Below, piece after piece: positions 35,401-48,881 of a stretch of 64,000 nucleotides of DNA; position 1 is the first letter of the stretch, and each line of letters starts with the position of its first letter. The position numbers were made by a program, and so were the translations under genes. The stretch spans positions 47,864,001-47,928,000 of the forward strand of contig NC_043005.1 of NCBI RefSeq assembly GCF_006345805.1, read 5' to 3'. Under the pieces are notes generated by a model. That model had not been told where the DNA came from, ran no database searches, and saw only the letters and a list, made by a program, of their open reading frames with translations. The stretch comes from Octopus sinensis (taxonomy: Eukaryota).

Positions 35401-36324
35401 GTGTATGGAAATTGTACATTGCACATTTTTTTTCTTTTTTTTTGACAAAAGTACAAATGCATGGAGTACATGATAAATATAATTAATTACTTGATTAATT
35501 TAGGAAGCCAATATTTTGCACACACATTAATTTCTTGTGTGCCCCGATTGCAAAACATGTGCCTGTGTGCACATGTGCAATGCTTCATGGGAACAGTGCC
35601 TCTTTGAATTTCTATCTCATCAGTAACATAATTAAAAGGATTTATATGAAAGGCAAATTCAAAAAAAAGTTATAGCAAAACTGTAAAAAAAAAGAAGAAA
35701 AAAACTTCATTTATACTGGAAAGGTAAAGACCAATTATTTGAAATCTTTTTGGCAAACACCAATTTTTAAAATCTTTTCATTGGTTTTCATAATTTTAGA
35801 CTATTCATGCTGGACTGATTTTACACAAATTTGCAAGTTGTCATACTATTCGCAAACTTTTATATGACAATTTGCAATCTTTTAAACTTTATTGAAGTAA
35901 GAATCCTAGAATGGCTGAATAAATTTAGTTATATTATTGTTTGTAATATTGATTTATATAATTAGATTATATAGTATTTTGCTACTCATTTTTGCTCAAA
36001 ATTTTCTATCTTTAAATGGTAAGAAAGGATACTAATTAATATGCTTTGTTAAAATCTCATGTTACGTACTATACAAATATAATATGCTGCCATGTAAGCA
36101 TATATTTATGTATAAATCAATATTCATATTTATGTACCCTGAAGGAATTTACAATATATCATAATCACCATTTCTGAAATCTACACATTTTGTGTTTATG
36201 AGACAAGGTTCAATCTGAACTCTACAAATTACTAAACTTTTCATTAGTTTCTAGTTAGTGTATCACTTCACCGTCAATGGCTTTGCTATCAGATAATCAA
36301 GGAATGAGACATTAAAAATACTCT

Positions 36325-36785
36325 TTTCTTCTCTAGGCACAAGGCCTGAAATTTTGGGAGAGGGGGCCAGTCGATTAGATCAACCCCAGTACACAACTAG
36401 CACTTAATTTATCGACCCTGAAAGGATGAAAAGCAAAGACAGCCTCAGCAGAATTTGAACTCAGAATATAAAGACAGACGAAATACTGCTAAGCATTTCA
36501 CCCGGCATGCTAACATTTCTGCCAGCTCGCCACCTTGATATTAAAAATATTCTTTTCTACATTTTTTTTCTACTCTAGGCACAAGGCTCGAATATTTTTT
36601 TCTTTGGGAGGGGGGCAGTCGGTTAGATCGACCCAGTATGCAACTGGAACTTAATTTATCAACCCCAAAAGGATAAAGGGCAAAGTCAACCTCAGCGTCA
36701 TTTGAACTCAGAACATAAAGACAGACGAAATACTACCAAGCATTTCACCTGGCGTGCTAACATTTCTGCCAGTTAGCTGCCTTGA
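36325..36785 (-). mobile_element. Two tandem SINE family B copies
   Basis: The flank GA(C/T)ATTAAAAA recurs at about 36309, 36538 and 36785. Confidence 0.85.
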
Positions 36786-37489
36786 TATTAAAAACATTGA
36801 ATGAGAAGTTACTGTAATACTGTTCGAGGCATGGTTCACTCTCATGATCTGCATCTGAAAAGGTAGCATCTAATCAACTTATCTATTGAAATTCCTTTTT
36901 AGTGCAAAACATGGTATGTTGGATCCAATTCCATCTCAGGCTGACAGAAGTCTCTTACTAGTAACTATTTAACTATAGTTACTATATATCTGCTTGTAGT
37001 CAAGTAATCAATGACTAAACCAGCTCCCTATTTGACTTATCCAGTGAGGAAGGTGTCAGAAAACCCAAACTAATCCTACCCAGTGAGCAGGGTATCTGAG
37101 ATTTCAGTAGGATTATAAAACAAAGCTTTTCAAAGGCCGATGATCTCTTTGAGAGCCAATTGCACCCATATCCCCATATCCTCGGTAGGAGAAGGGTGCC
37201 ACCATGAATATTAAATGTGATGAAATAGTTAGGTGTAAATTACACCAATATTTAATTCCATACAAGACTAGCAAAATGCATGAAGAAACCCCAAGGTGGA
37301 ATGATCAATAGAAAATTTCAGGTTTCCCTAATAGTGGAATGACTTCAAGGATGGTTTTATTTGACTTGATCATTCACCCATTTGTCAAAAGCATTAAGAA
37401 AATTTTGTTCCAACCAATCTCATAGGTTTGCGAAAATGTGATTTGCACTGCAAGCACTTTGTCACAACTTCATTTTATAAACTTGGTAT

Positions 37490-37950
37490 CATCATCATCA
37501 TCATCATCTAACGTCCGCTTTCCATGCTAGCATGGGTTAGACGATTTGACTGAGGACTGGTGAACAAGATGGCTGCACCAGGCTCCAATCTGATCTGGCA
37601 GAGTTTCTACAGTTGGATGCCCTTCCTAACGCCAACCACTCAGAGAGTGTAGTGGGTGCTTTTACGTGCCACCGGCACGAGGGCCAGTCAGGCGGTAGTG
37701 GCAATGGCCACGCTCAAATGGTGCTTTTTACATGCCACCTGCACAGGAGTCAGTCCAGCAGCACTGGCAACAACCTCACTCAAATGTTTTGTTCACGTGC
37801 CACCGGCACAAGTGCCAGTAAGGCGACGCTGGTAACAATCATACTCGGATGGTGCTTTTTACATGCCACCAGCACGGAAGCCAGTCAGCTGCTCTGGCAG
37901 TAATTCCACTAGGATAGAGTTGTTAGTGCTCCACTGGCATGGGTGCCAGT
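37490..37950 (-). mobile_element. Family E non-autonomous element, tail in (CAT)n
   Basis: (CAT)n-CTAACGTCCGCTTTCCATGCTAGCATGGGTT...GGATGCCCTTCCTAACGCCAACC. Confidence 0.8.
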
Positions 37951-38454
37951 CAAATTTGTTTAGAATTTATTATTCCCTTATCATATTTAAATCAAGCTAT
38001 AGCAACCAAAGAGTTACTTATTTGTAGGAATTTATTATTGAGGGAAACATTTTAAACATTCGATTATTTGCCAAATTTTATAGATGGATCTGTATTTTAA
38101 TGCTACAAACTAGAGACTGTAAAGCATCCAATGTAGTTCCATAATTTGTGTCAGAAGTAATACACAGGGGAGCAGAGCATATTTAAATATTGTTAAGAAA
38201 ATTAATCTGTAATCATGGTATTATTCCAAGAAATATTAGCTACACTGTCTGGTTGATAATTGCTAAATAGAAAAGCTTATTTCGATAAGTAATAAGGTGG
38301 TCTGGTTTATCTAAGAATCAAGAGGGAGAGAATTTGGTGGGGAAATAAATAAACTGGAATTCTTTTTGTTTATTGATATTTTATAATGATCCTCAACACA
38401 AATATTAAGTAGATATTATCATTTTACAATTAAACTTTAGTCTTTTTAAATCGG

Positions 38455-38845
38455 TGGTAAGTAGCTTGCTTACCAACCACATGGTTCCAGGTTCAGTCCC
38501 ACTGCATGGCACCTTGGGCAAGTGTCTTCTGCTATAGCCTCGGGCCGACCAATGCCTTGTGAGTGTATTTGGTAGACAGAAACTGAAAGAAGCCCATCGT
38601 ATATATGTATATGTGTGTTGTGTGTGCGTTTGTGTGTGTGTATAGATGTTTGTGGGTCTGTGTTTGTCCCTCAACATCACTTGACAACTGATGCTGGTGT
38701 GTTTACGTCCCTGTAACTTAGCAGTTTGGCAAAAGGGACCAATAGAATAAGTACTAGACTTACAAAGCCCTGGGATCGATTTGCTCGACTAAAGGCAGTG
38801 CTCCAGCATGGCCACAGTCAAATGACTGAAACGAGTAAAAGAGTA
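38455..38845 (+). mobile_element. SINE family A
   Basis: GTGGTAAGTAGCTTGCTTACCAACCACATGG...GAAACGAGTAAAAGAG. Confidence 0.9.
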
Positions 38846-39469
38846 ATTATTTCGACTCCTAATTTCAGAGGCTCTCTTCTTACAATTTCTTTTTATGCTG
38901 ATACACTGATACCAACTCTTGCTTTTTCTTCAGTTTATGTTTAAAGCTGTATTCAAGTATTCTTTTAAATCAAGCAAAGCTTATTCCATTGCTATGTTAG
39001 CATTAAGTTGTCCACCAGTGATTACTTACTACTTTATTAATACGTTATTACAGTTTATATATGAAGGCATGTGGCTTAATAGTTAGGGTGATGCTCTCTA
39101 CATTCTGAGTTCAAATCCCACCTGCCCAGATAATGCAACAGGAAACCACTCTAGTATTCATCCCAAGCCAAAGTTCCAGTAAACTACTTAACTCTAGCAG
39201 ATGAGGGTACAGGACCTCTCAGGTCATATAGAGAATGCTGGAGAAGATTCACATGCACAGGACCTGCCCAAGAGCAGACCACCATTACACTAGAGACTGC
39301 TGATATCTTTAAGGTAGATATTGATTAATCTAGTATATTTATCCTGGGGAAAAAAGTGCTATTGATACATTTTAAAACATTCTTTGTAAACACAATCTAA
39401 CTCTTCCCATTCTTTTTATTGTATAAAGTGAGATTAGTTGCTTAATACTCTATATAATATAAGGTAAAG

Positions 39470-39810
39470 GTAAAGACCCCCTTCACTCATGAATGACCAT
39501 GGGATTGCTCCTAGAAAGCTACCTTCCAAGGCACAAGTCTGGGCAGGGTTGTTTTATAGAAGACCAGCTGTCACCCATACATACCAACTTCTCCTCTCCC
39601 CAGCCATCAATGTTATCCAAGGGAAAGGCAAAAGATAATACAGCTTGACACTAGTGATGTCACAACTCATTCCTACAGCTGAGTGAACTGGAGCAAAGTG
39701 AAATAAAGTGTCTTGCTCAAGAACACAACACACAGTCTGGTCCAGGAATCAAACTCACTGCCTCATCATTGTAAGTCTGTGACACTCTAACCACTGAGCC
39801 ATGTACCTTC
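39470..39810 (-). mobile_element. tRNA-derived SINE (family D-related head, distinct tail)
   Basis: Minus strand GAAGGTACATGGCTCAGTGGTTAGAGTG...TTTGATTCC. The tail is shared with 62375-62455. Confidence 0.7.
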
Positions 39811-41392
39811 ACTCCATATAATACAGATATTATTTATATAATCATGTCTCACTTAATCTCCTGAATCAGAAGAAACCGTGAATAAAGCTTCTCTAATCAG
39901 ATGTGTCTGAGTATTTTTTCCAGCTAGTCTCAAGTTTGCCCCTGTTTTCCGATATCTGGTTCAAGATAGTGCTATCATGTATTTGTTGGTTAATTACTTT
40001 TCCTTTACTTTATCAGTCAATGATTATGGTCAGTACCTGTATGATAGAATTTGATTTAGTCTTGCAATAAGTGAGCAACCAGTCTATCTCCAATGATATC
40101 CCTGGTTTCTCATGTTCAGTTCTCCTATTTTCATTTAAGGATCTAATGGCATTAGGTCACCATATCTGCACAATCCCTGGACATGTAATGCAAATGAAGA
40201 CTGCAATTTCAGTGAAATTTTCTACTGGCAATTAACGAAAGAAAACCAAATGTTTATTTGATTAGGTATGATTTAGTAATGTTGGGCCTCTTAGATGACA
40301 TGAAATAAGATTCTGATATATAGTAGATTACTGCATTGTAACTCACATCCAGCCCCATTATCAGTATGGAAAAACGGACATTAAAACAATGATGATATTT
40401 ATATAAATGTGGCAATAATCAATCATATATATATATGGAAACATGTTTGTGAAGAACCAAAATGGACCTATTAATGTGATATTTGACAGGCTGTTAAGTT
40501 TTGATTTCAAATCAACTGCGGATATTTTGATGTGTATTTGATCAGTACATTTAATTCTACGTGCCTCTGTTGGCATAATTGTTAGAAATGCACATCAAAT
40601 CTTTTGGATATTTTACTGTACATAGACTGACAATCTGTATATCCACTTTTACATCATGAAACTAGAGCCGGGCATTAACATATGAAAGCTGTTCAGGGAT
40701 TAGAAAACATTTACATTTTTATCCAAACACACACATATATATTTCACATGAAAATATACATACATGTATATATATATATATATATACTCCTTCATATATG
40801 TGAATGTGTGTATTTTGTGCATATATATATTTATATGTATATATATATATAAATACATACATAATACATATATATATGTATGTATGTATATATATATATA
40901 TATACACACACTCATATGTACACACAGTCCCATAAATATCAGTGTGTATGTGTGTGTGTGTGAATATGTATGGTGCTCACATGAATATTTACATCGTGTG
41001 TGACCATAAATATATAATTACATTAAAAGCAAGTAGACTACCGAAAATGCGATGCATTAGTGAATATTTGCAACTATATTTTATTAGAAGAACTTCAGGT
41101 GTAAATCCAAATTAATTTACCAAAATGTCCAAATCTACCACACTTCTTATTTTTCCTACATCCCTTTAGTCCATTGTATGAATTATATTGTTAAATTAAA
41201 CATTTAAATTCTGTGACTAACATAAACACTAATATTCTCTCCAAAATGTCTTCTAATGATACTAAGTTCCAGATACAAGCTTGTTGCTGATATTTGATAT
41301 GTATTAATGTTTCCAACTAATGATTTCTTCATGAAGTCAGTAAATATCTCAATGGGTATTTATGTAAAACTATCTTCTGACATGCTGCTTAG

Positions 41393-41479
41393 AATCTGTA
41401 AGGGTAGACAGATTTGGACACCATACAATGAGCTGTTAGAAATTATTGATATGGCACCATTAAATATGTTTAGAAGGGG
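41393..41479 (+). CDS. Candidate 87-nt exon (ICKGRQIWTPYNELLEIIDMAPLNMFRR)
   Basis: gctgcttag|...AGGGG|gtaatt; symmetric phase 2, protein-like composition. No homolog recognised. Confidence 0.35.
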
Positions 41480-43002
41480 GTAATTGATTTGCTTTATGAA
41501 TGCAATTAGGTCATCATCATCATCACCATCATCATCATTATTATTATCAGTAATACATCACCACCACTACAAACAACAACAACAATAACAACACCATTAT
41601 CTTGCCTTATTGGATTTCTTCTTTACCTCCTTTCACTTCCTTGTTGTCATCATGTACTTCTCTACCTCACCTTGCTCACATGCTTTTTTCTCCTCTTCTT
41701 TGACCTCCTCCTTCTTTCTTTCTTTTTCTCCTCTTCCTTGACCTCCTCCTTCTTTCTTTCTTTTTCTCCTCTTCCTTGACCTCCTCCTTTTGTATTCTTC
41801 TAATCCACCTCCTTCACCTCCTTCATCTCTTCCTCGTCCTTCTCCTCCTCCTCATCATCATTACCATCATTAGTACCACCACCACCACCGCTAACAATAA
41901 CAACACCATTATCTTGCCCTTTCTTCTCCTCCTCCTCCTTCTTCTCCACTCAACTTGGTACTTGATCTGCTTTACCACATGTTCACAGCCTCACTACTAA
42001 TGTTTAGTTTCCAATGGTTAGTCATTATTGTTTAACCTTATTCAATCCTGAATGGACAGAGCCAAGACCAAAACCATTCCAGCTGTGACCAATTCATTTT
42101 TGTCGGCAACAACATTAGCCAATATATCCTTCTATATTTTAGAAAAATTTGAGAGAAATTTAGCTGCTTTTTCTAGCAGTTCAAGCAAATATATAGAATC
42201 TCTCTCTTTGGCTCTCAATGGCAACTTAAGACTTTTGGTGCATTAGTAGCATGAGAGGTAAATAGAAACATCTGTAGACCTGCAAGGACCAAGTTCATGG
42301 TAATAATAGTTATGATGGCCTGTGGCTTACATCTCTATTATGAGAATTACATTGTGAAGGACCTTTTATAGCTCCCTTTAATTCCATAAAGTTTTGGCAT
42401 GGCTATGTGGTAAGATGTTAGCTTCCCAGCCACATGGTTTTGGGTTCTGTCCCACAGTGTTGATACCTGGAAACTGAGAAGTTCATGAGCAGATAAACAA
42501 ATAGAGAGAGAGAGAGAGAGATGACTAGCTTGCTAGATAAATAGACAGCAGAAGATGGCTGGATAGCTAGATAGCTAGATAGATAGACAGACAGATAGAT
42601 AGATAGATAGATAGATAGAGAGACAGATAGATAGATAGTCCTTAGGACTTAGTGCTTGCTTTTTCCATGAGTATGAGTAAGTATTTCATTTATGTCTTAT
42701 GTATTTATCGCTGAGGAGGAGAAAATTCTTATGAATTGACTCTGAAATTGGGACCAATACGGTAATAACGGAATTTTTTAGCAATTTCTATCAGCTTGTT
42801 TCGAGACTCAAAAATTATAATGGTTATTGACAATTTTGTCTATTTTCGGCATATTTGGCATTAGAATTTTTCTTTCGCTCTTATTTTATAAGTTATTTAT
42901 AAATTTAACCATTAAAAGTATTTTTTAATATGTTGGCCATTGATAAAATTCCTTTTTCGAAAAAATTTTATCCTACATTAGATATATATATATATATATA
43001 TA

Positions 43003-43534
43003 TATAAGAGTGTATAAAAATTTATTCACGGTGAGAAGACCACCATATGAACTCCTTACATGCTAAAATGGGCAATCAAATCCCAAACCATGAAAAAAAA
43101 GAACATTCTTATTTAAGGCACATTGCTTGTAAGTGAGCAGGACACTTAAATGAATAAAAATCTTTGCTAACTCTATACCCATGAATCTCACCATTAATGA
43201 TCAAATAAATCAATTAAGTAGTCAATTAATTGATTAATTAACCATCTGTGGCTCGTTTATTTGATCATTAATGGTGAAACTCATGTGTATAGAGTTAACT
43301 GAGATTTTTATTCCTCCAAGTGCTTACAAGCAATCTGCCTTAAATAAGAATGATTTTTGCATGGTTTGGGATTTTGACAACCCTTTTTAGCATGTAAGAG
43401 TGTCGACATGGTGGACTTCTCTCTGTGTATAAATTTTTATACACTCTTATATTATGAAAATATTTATGTCACCGGACTTTTATTACACATGTGAACCACT
43501 GGTATAAATTATTATTTTAATAATTTTACCCTCG
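43003..43534. mobile_element. (TA)n-flanked foldback element (about 200-bp diverged arms) with AGGGTAA terminus
   Basis: Arms 43003-43209 and 43256-43452. The right side continues to ...ACCACTGGTAT...TTTTACCCTCG(TA)n. Confidence 0.85.
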
Positions 43535-43560
43535 TATATGTATATATATATATATATATA

Positions 43561-43804
43561 TAAATAACAATAGGGTAATAAGAAATTATTATTACCAGTG
43601 GCCTAGCACAAAACGAATTAATCATTAGACTATATATAATTAACATAGAAATACAATAAGAAGCTTCCAAATACAAAAGCCTTGTGCTAGAAAGAGCAGT
43701 AGAAAACTCAAACCACCAAATAAATCAATTTGGTGGTTTGAGTTTTCTACTGCTCTTTCTAGCACAAGGCTTTCCTATTTGGAAGCCTCTTATTGTATTT
43801 CTAT
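43561..43804. mobile_element. (TA)n-flanked element ending in a 77-bp hairpin
   Basis: Starts AATAACAATAGGGTAAT...TTACCAGTGG. Arms 43645-43721 and 43728-43804 (3 mismatches), 6-nt loop. Confidence 0.9.
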
Positions 43805-43833
43805 ATATATATATATATAGATAGATATATATA

Positions 43834-44446
43834 TAGGATCATCCCATAATTGATGTGATTTTTTTCAATTGCATGAACTAAAATTTGGAAGGGGACTTAC
43901 TTAAAAAGCACATAGTAATTTAACTTTCTGCTTGTTTTTAGTGCAAGTTTTGAAGAGTGCAGTTCGATTGAAACAGTTATTTTTTCAAAGCTATAATGGA
44001 AGTGACAAAGGAGTACATTTGTTGACATATTCTGCTTTATGAGTTCAATAAAGGCAACAATGCAATGGAAAGTGCAAGGAATATTAATGCAGTAAATGGG
44101 GATCAGACAATAATTATAAGCAAGTGTTAACGGTGGTTCCAGAAATTCCAAGCCAGAAACTATAGCTTAGAAGAGGAGCTTTACGAGGATGTCCTGCAAA
44201 CCCTGATAGAACAAAATCCCATTGTAATTGTTGAGGAACTAGCAGAAAAAGCTTTGATTTGGTCATTCAACCAATCATTCAGGAAAGCACTAGACGAAAA
44301 ACAACCATCTTTGGTGTCAAGACGAAAAGTGCTTTTCCATTAGGATAATGCTTGGCCACATACAACAAGGATGATTTTTCATCATTATCTTAATTTTGAA
44401 AAGTAAAAGAAGTGTAAAAAAACACATTATTTATGGGATGACCCAA
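43834..44446 (+). mobile_element. Internally deleted mariner
   Basis: TA-flanked TIRs (T..G.TCATCCCATAA). From 43996: MEVTKEYIC*HILLYEFNKGNNAMESARNINAV...RWFQKF. Confidence 0.9.
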
Positions 44447-44469
44447 TATATATATATATATATATATAA

Positions 44470-44650
44470 ATACAAAATGGGACAAGAACGCAAAACATCC
44501 AGAAGACAATACAAAAAACACGGACGGGTCATTTGAAGCCTTTAATATTCAGTCAAGAACTGGATCATCCTCGCAATTTCGGCTGATTAATCTTGAGATT
44601 GCTCCAATCTGGCCAGCCCCAAGGAAAAACTAAGCTAAGAGCATTAGATT
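44470..44650. repeat. (TA)n-adjacent interspersed repeat fragment
   Basis: GC-richer block ATACAAAATGGGACAAGAACG...AAGAGCATTAGATTCC, starting at (TA)n. Family unassigned. Confidence 0.4.
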
Positions 44651-45431
44651 CCGCATGTATATGATGAGCTTCTTTCAGTTTCTGTTTACCAAATCCACTC
44701 ATAAGGCTTTAAAACATTTGCCCAAGGTGCCATGCAGTGGGACTGAACCCAGAACCATATGGCTGGGAAGCAAGCTTCTTACCACACAGCCACACCTGAT
44801 CATTTTTTTTCCAATAGTGCATGCAATTATTTGGCAAAAACAAAAGGAAAATGATCATCCCAAGATATAACAAGATATATTTAATATTAGATCAAAGCTT
44901 ATGTATCAGTAAATGGAGTGCTGAGCCCTGTGCTTATAATAAATTGAACTTAGCTGTATCTATGTATATAGATCAAATAGTTTCTCCTTCTATCACTGAA
45001 AGTTTCAAGAAGGCTACTCACCCTGCTTGAACTGGTGACTAAATTTCTTCAAATTACCCTCTGCAGTCTTAGAGCAGGAAGGATCCAATGGGACAGGATG
45101 GGCATGATTAAAATGCTTTTGATCATAGATCTACCCAGTCAGGGCTTATGTAGAACTAAACAACAATAATAGCAGCAACAACAACAACCCATCATAGTAG
45201 GGATTGGATGAACTAATGAGGGTGGCTCTATACAGTTAGCCAAAACCGTTTTTGCCATGTGGATCTCTTTTGTTTAAGACTCAGCCTTCCATTTTCTTAA
45301 ACACAATAGTGAGTAATATGAGGAAGAATTGGTTCCTATTTCTAGCAGGTGGAGTAGCCCTGTACAAGCTCTCTTGCTGGCTCATGGAAAGATGGTGTGT
45401 TAAAATTTCTGTGCAGGCCATCCAGCACAAA

Positions 45432-45492
<61 letters not shown>

Positions 45493-46829
45493 CTGACAAA
45501 TAGAGAGACAGACAGGTGGATGGACAGACAGACTGACAGATGGTTGGACAGACAGATAGATAAATAGATAGATCAATGATAAGAAAAATGATAGTCTGAT
45601 GATAGACAAATACAGCAAAAAAGAAAAGATAGACAATTAGATAGACACGTTAAAGATGGATAGATAAGGCAAAAATCAATAACTAAAAAGAATGACAGAA
45701 GGCAAACGAAAAGAGAAAAAGAGAGAGAGAGAGAGAGCTGTAGAGAGAGAGAGAAAACAGTAGAGAGAGAGAGAGAGAGAGCGCAGTAGAGAGAGAAGGT
45801 GAGAAAGGAAGAGAGAGGAGAGAGTAGTAGCTAGTCTTGTAGAGATAAACGGATAAATTGACAAAAGGGAATATAGTCCTTTATATTATTCCAAGTTGTA
45901 TGAAACTAGTCAGAAGTGACTGAATAAATATTCCAAGTCACATCCCAGAGTCCATAACAATTTAGAAAACAACTTGTAGGGATTTTGACTCTTCTGTCAC
46001 ATATTTTTGCTTATCGTCTGTGCTTGGCGTTTAACGTTGTTGCCATTGAAGCCAAACTCTCTGCTTTAGGCAGACTGGACATTCTGTGATTTCTGTTCAC
46101 TGGAGAAAAACAAATAAAATACATCAGTAAAGATTAGTGGAGATTTAGAGAGAATTCTACAGTTTATCCTGCGAGCATTCTGACAGATAGCTTAGAATTC
46201 TGCCAGAATGCACACACTGGTCTCAAAGAGGAAAAAAAAAAATAATAAAGTAAAATAAAAGAAAAGAAGACAAAAGAGGAAAAAGAAAAGAAAAAGAAAA
46301 GAGCAAAAAATTATAAAAAGAAGAAATAAGAAATACAAAAACCTCCTAGACATGTTTGTTAGATGTGTATGTAATCTTTCACACATAGTTGCTGCGTTTT
46401 GTCACAAACTGAATTGACATGCTTTTATTGTAAAAATAGGAAGAGATGTTTGAATCTGGACTTCATCTTAGTGACATTGCTTATTGTATAAAACTGTGCA
46501 TTGGAGATTTCATGTTTGTCTTGGAGAATATTTGCTTGAAATGTACAGCAACTTAGATGGAGTATCTCTTAATGATATTACAGCTTTTCTTACACACTGG
46601 TATTAGTTCAGCCTCTTCCTAATGCTTGTTTCTTTATTCATTGCTTTTTATCCATCTCTCTCTCTCTCTCTCTCCCTGTCTCTGTTTCTTTTTATCTCCA
46701 TATCTGTCTGTTTGTGTGTGTGTATATATATATATACACACAGATACACAGACAGGCAGACAAACAAATATGTGTGTGTGTGTATATATATGTATATATA
46801 TATATATACACACACACAACATATACACA

Positions 46830-46872
<43 letters not shown>

Positions 46873-47914
46873 TATACACACACATACATACACACACATG
46901 TACACATGCACACACACACACAATGTATTGAGAACTTGACTCTATTCTTGTTTTATGCTTTTTTCAAGCTTTTTTTTCTTCTTCTTAATATTTTTGTTGG
47001 AACAACTTGCTGTTTGTCTAGAACATTAAAATCCCCAAATCCCTCCACAACATTTCCAGACCATCATTTTCTCATATTTTCGACGAAGCAACGGGATATT
47101 TTTTATTGCCTCTTTATTGTAGGCAAACCCAGTGTATTGAGTACAAACATCACCTTTATTAATAGTCTATTTTTCAGGGGAATTCTGTTGAGTATGGATG
47201 TGTTGTCCACTAAAGTTTTACTAGCTATCTTTGTTTTGCATTGTGGACTGCATTGCAATTGTTGTAAATGCATAGTGAGATGGCAGGTGTGTCATACTTG
47301 TATGGCCATTTTAACCATTGGATTTGTTAAGTTTACAACTTTCATGATGGCAATCAAATTTATAAGTCTCATTGGTCATTTGTAGCCTGTTCACAGGTTG
47401 ACGTGCTCTTGTCTTGTAGTTGATAAGAAGCTTTTTTTTATTTTAGTTTTCGTATTTTTGTAATATCTGAAGACATGTGGCCTAGTAGTTAAGAATGTTG
47501 CACTCATGGTCATGAGGTCATAGTTTCAATTCCCAGACCAGCTGTACCTTGTGTTCTTGAGCAAAACCCTTCATTTCACATTACTCCAGTTCCACTCAGC
47601 TGTAAATAGGTAACTCTTCTAATCAGGGAGATGTTGGCTTGCTTGCCCAGCCAGCAGTGTGGCATCATTCAGAACCTAAAAATTGATGCAAAGTGCATTG
47701 TGACTAGCAAATCAGATATTTCCAATGTGTGGCATATGCTCCACCAGTGGGACCAGGGGAAATTTGTTCATTATTTTTTTTAGTGGGACATGGAATTGTA
47801 ACAATATTTTCTTTCTTAGTCAATAATGTACATTTTTTTGCACCCAGTAGTAAATAAAAAAGTTACTGATAGATTCTTTTGTATTAGATAATTATGATAT
47901 AATATCAAAAATAA

Positions 47915-48151
47915 ATTCTGTTGTGTCTGGGGAGAGTCATTTTCTTTTTGTGCCTTATAATGTAACACACTCACTGGTAAAATTTCCATTTATTTCTTAT
48001 TTTTATTTTCCTAAAAGACTATTGAAAAGGTTGCAAGACTCAACGAAAATTTCAGGAAAATAAAAATAAGAAATAAGTGAAAATTTTACTGGTGAGTGTG
48101 TTACATTATAAGGCACAAAAAGAAAATGACTCTCCCCAGACACAACAGAAT
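47915..48151. mobile_element. MITE with 98-bp TIRs
   Basis: ATTCTGTTGTGTCTGGGGAGAGTCATTTTC... / ...GAAAATGACTCTCCCCAGACACAACAGAAT; arms 47915-48012 and 48054-48151. Confidence 0.9.
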
Positions 48152-48439
48152 ATACTTCAACACACGAACTCAAATAAAAAATCTTGCAAACCAAATCCAA
48201 AAATGAAATAATCAAAAATAAAGTTGCTTTTTTCAACCACTGGTTAGGTATACTTTTTTCTGGGAAGTCATAGTGGGGCATGGGTGAAAATAGGTTGGGA
48301 AACATTGATCTGAATGCTTTTCATGTACTTTGTATGTGTGTGGACATTTTCTGTCTCTATGTGAATATGTGCATTTATTTGTGATTTGGATATGAACAGC
48401 TGTGGTGCATTTGTTACTTTCTATCTGAATGGTTATCTT

Positions 48440-48820
48440 TGATTTTATATCTGTTTCAGTCGTTGGACCACAGCCATGCTGGGGCACCACTTTGGAGAGT
48501 TTAGTCAAACAAATTGACACCAGTATTATTTGTTTAAAGTTTTGTACTAATTCTATTGGTCGCTTTTAGCTGAACTGCTAAGTTATGGGTCATAAACAGA
48601 CCAACACTGGCTGTTAAGCAGTTGAGGAACAAGCACTGAGACAGAAATATATATATATGTATATATATATATGACAGGCTTCCATACAATTTCCATCTAC
48701 CAAGTTCAGTCACAAGGTCAGCCTGAGGTTATAGTAGCAGATACCTGCCCAAGGTGTCACACAATGGGACTGAACCTAGAGCCACATGACTGAAAATTAA
48801 GCTTCTTTACCAAACAGTCA
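48440..48820 (-). mobile_element. SINE family A (old)
   Basis: Family A tail and body on the minus strand. Confidence 0.75.
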
Positions 48821-48881
48821 TGTCTATATAGCCAGTACTATATTACAAAGAGTTATATATATACTCCATTGTGTAGGTGTG

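Noticed and set aside
43230-43300. Possible HHR in the 43-kb foldback (ACCAT..ATGGT-GAAAC)
   Set aside because: No CUGANGA core and no helix I pairing.
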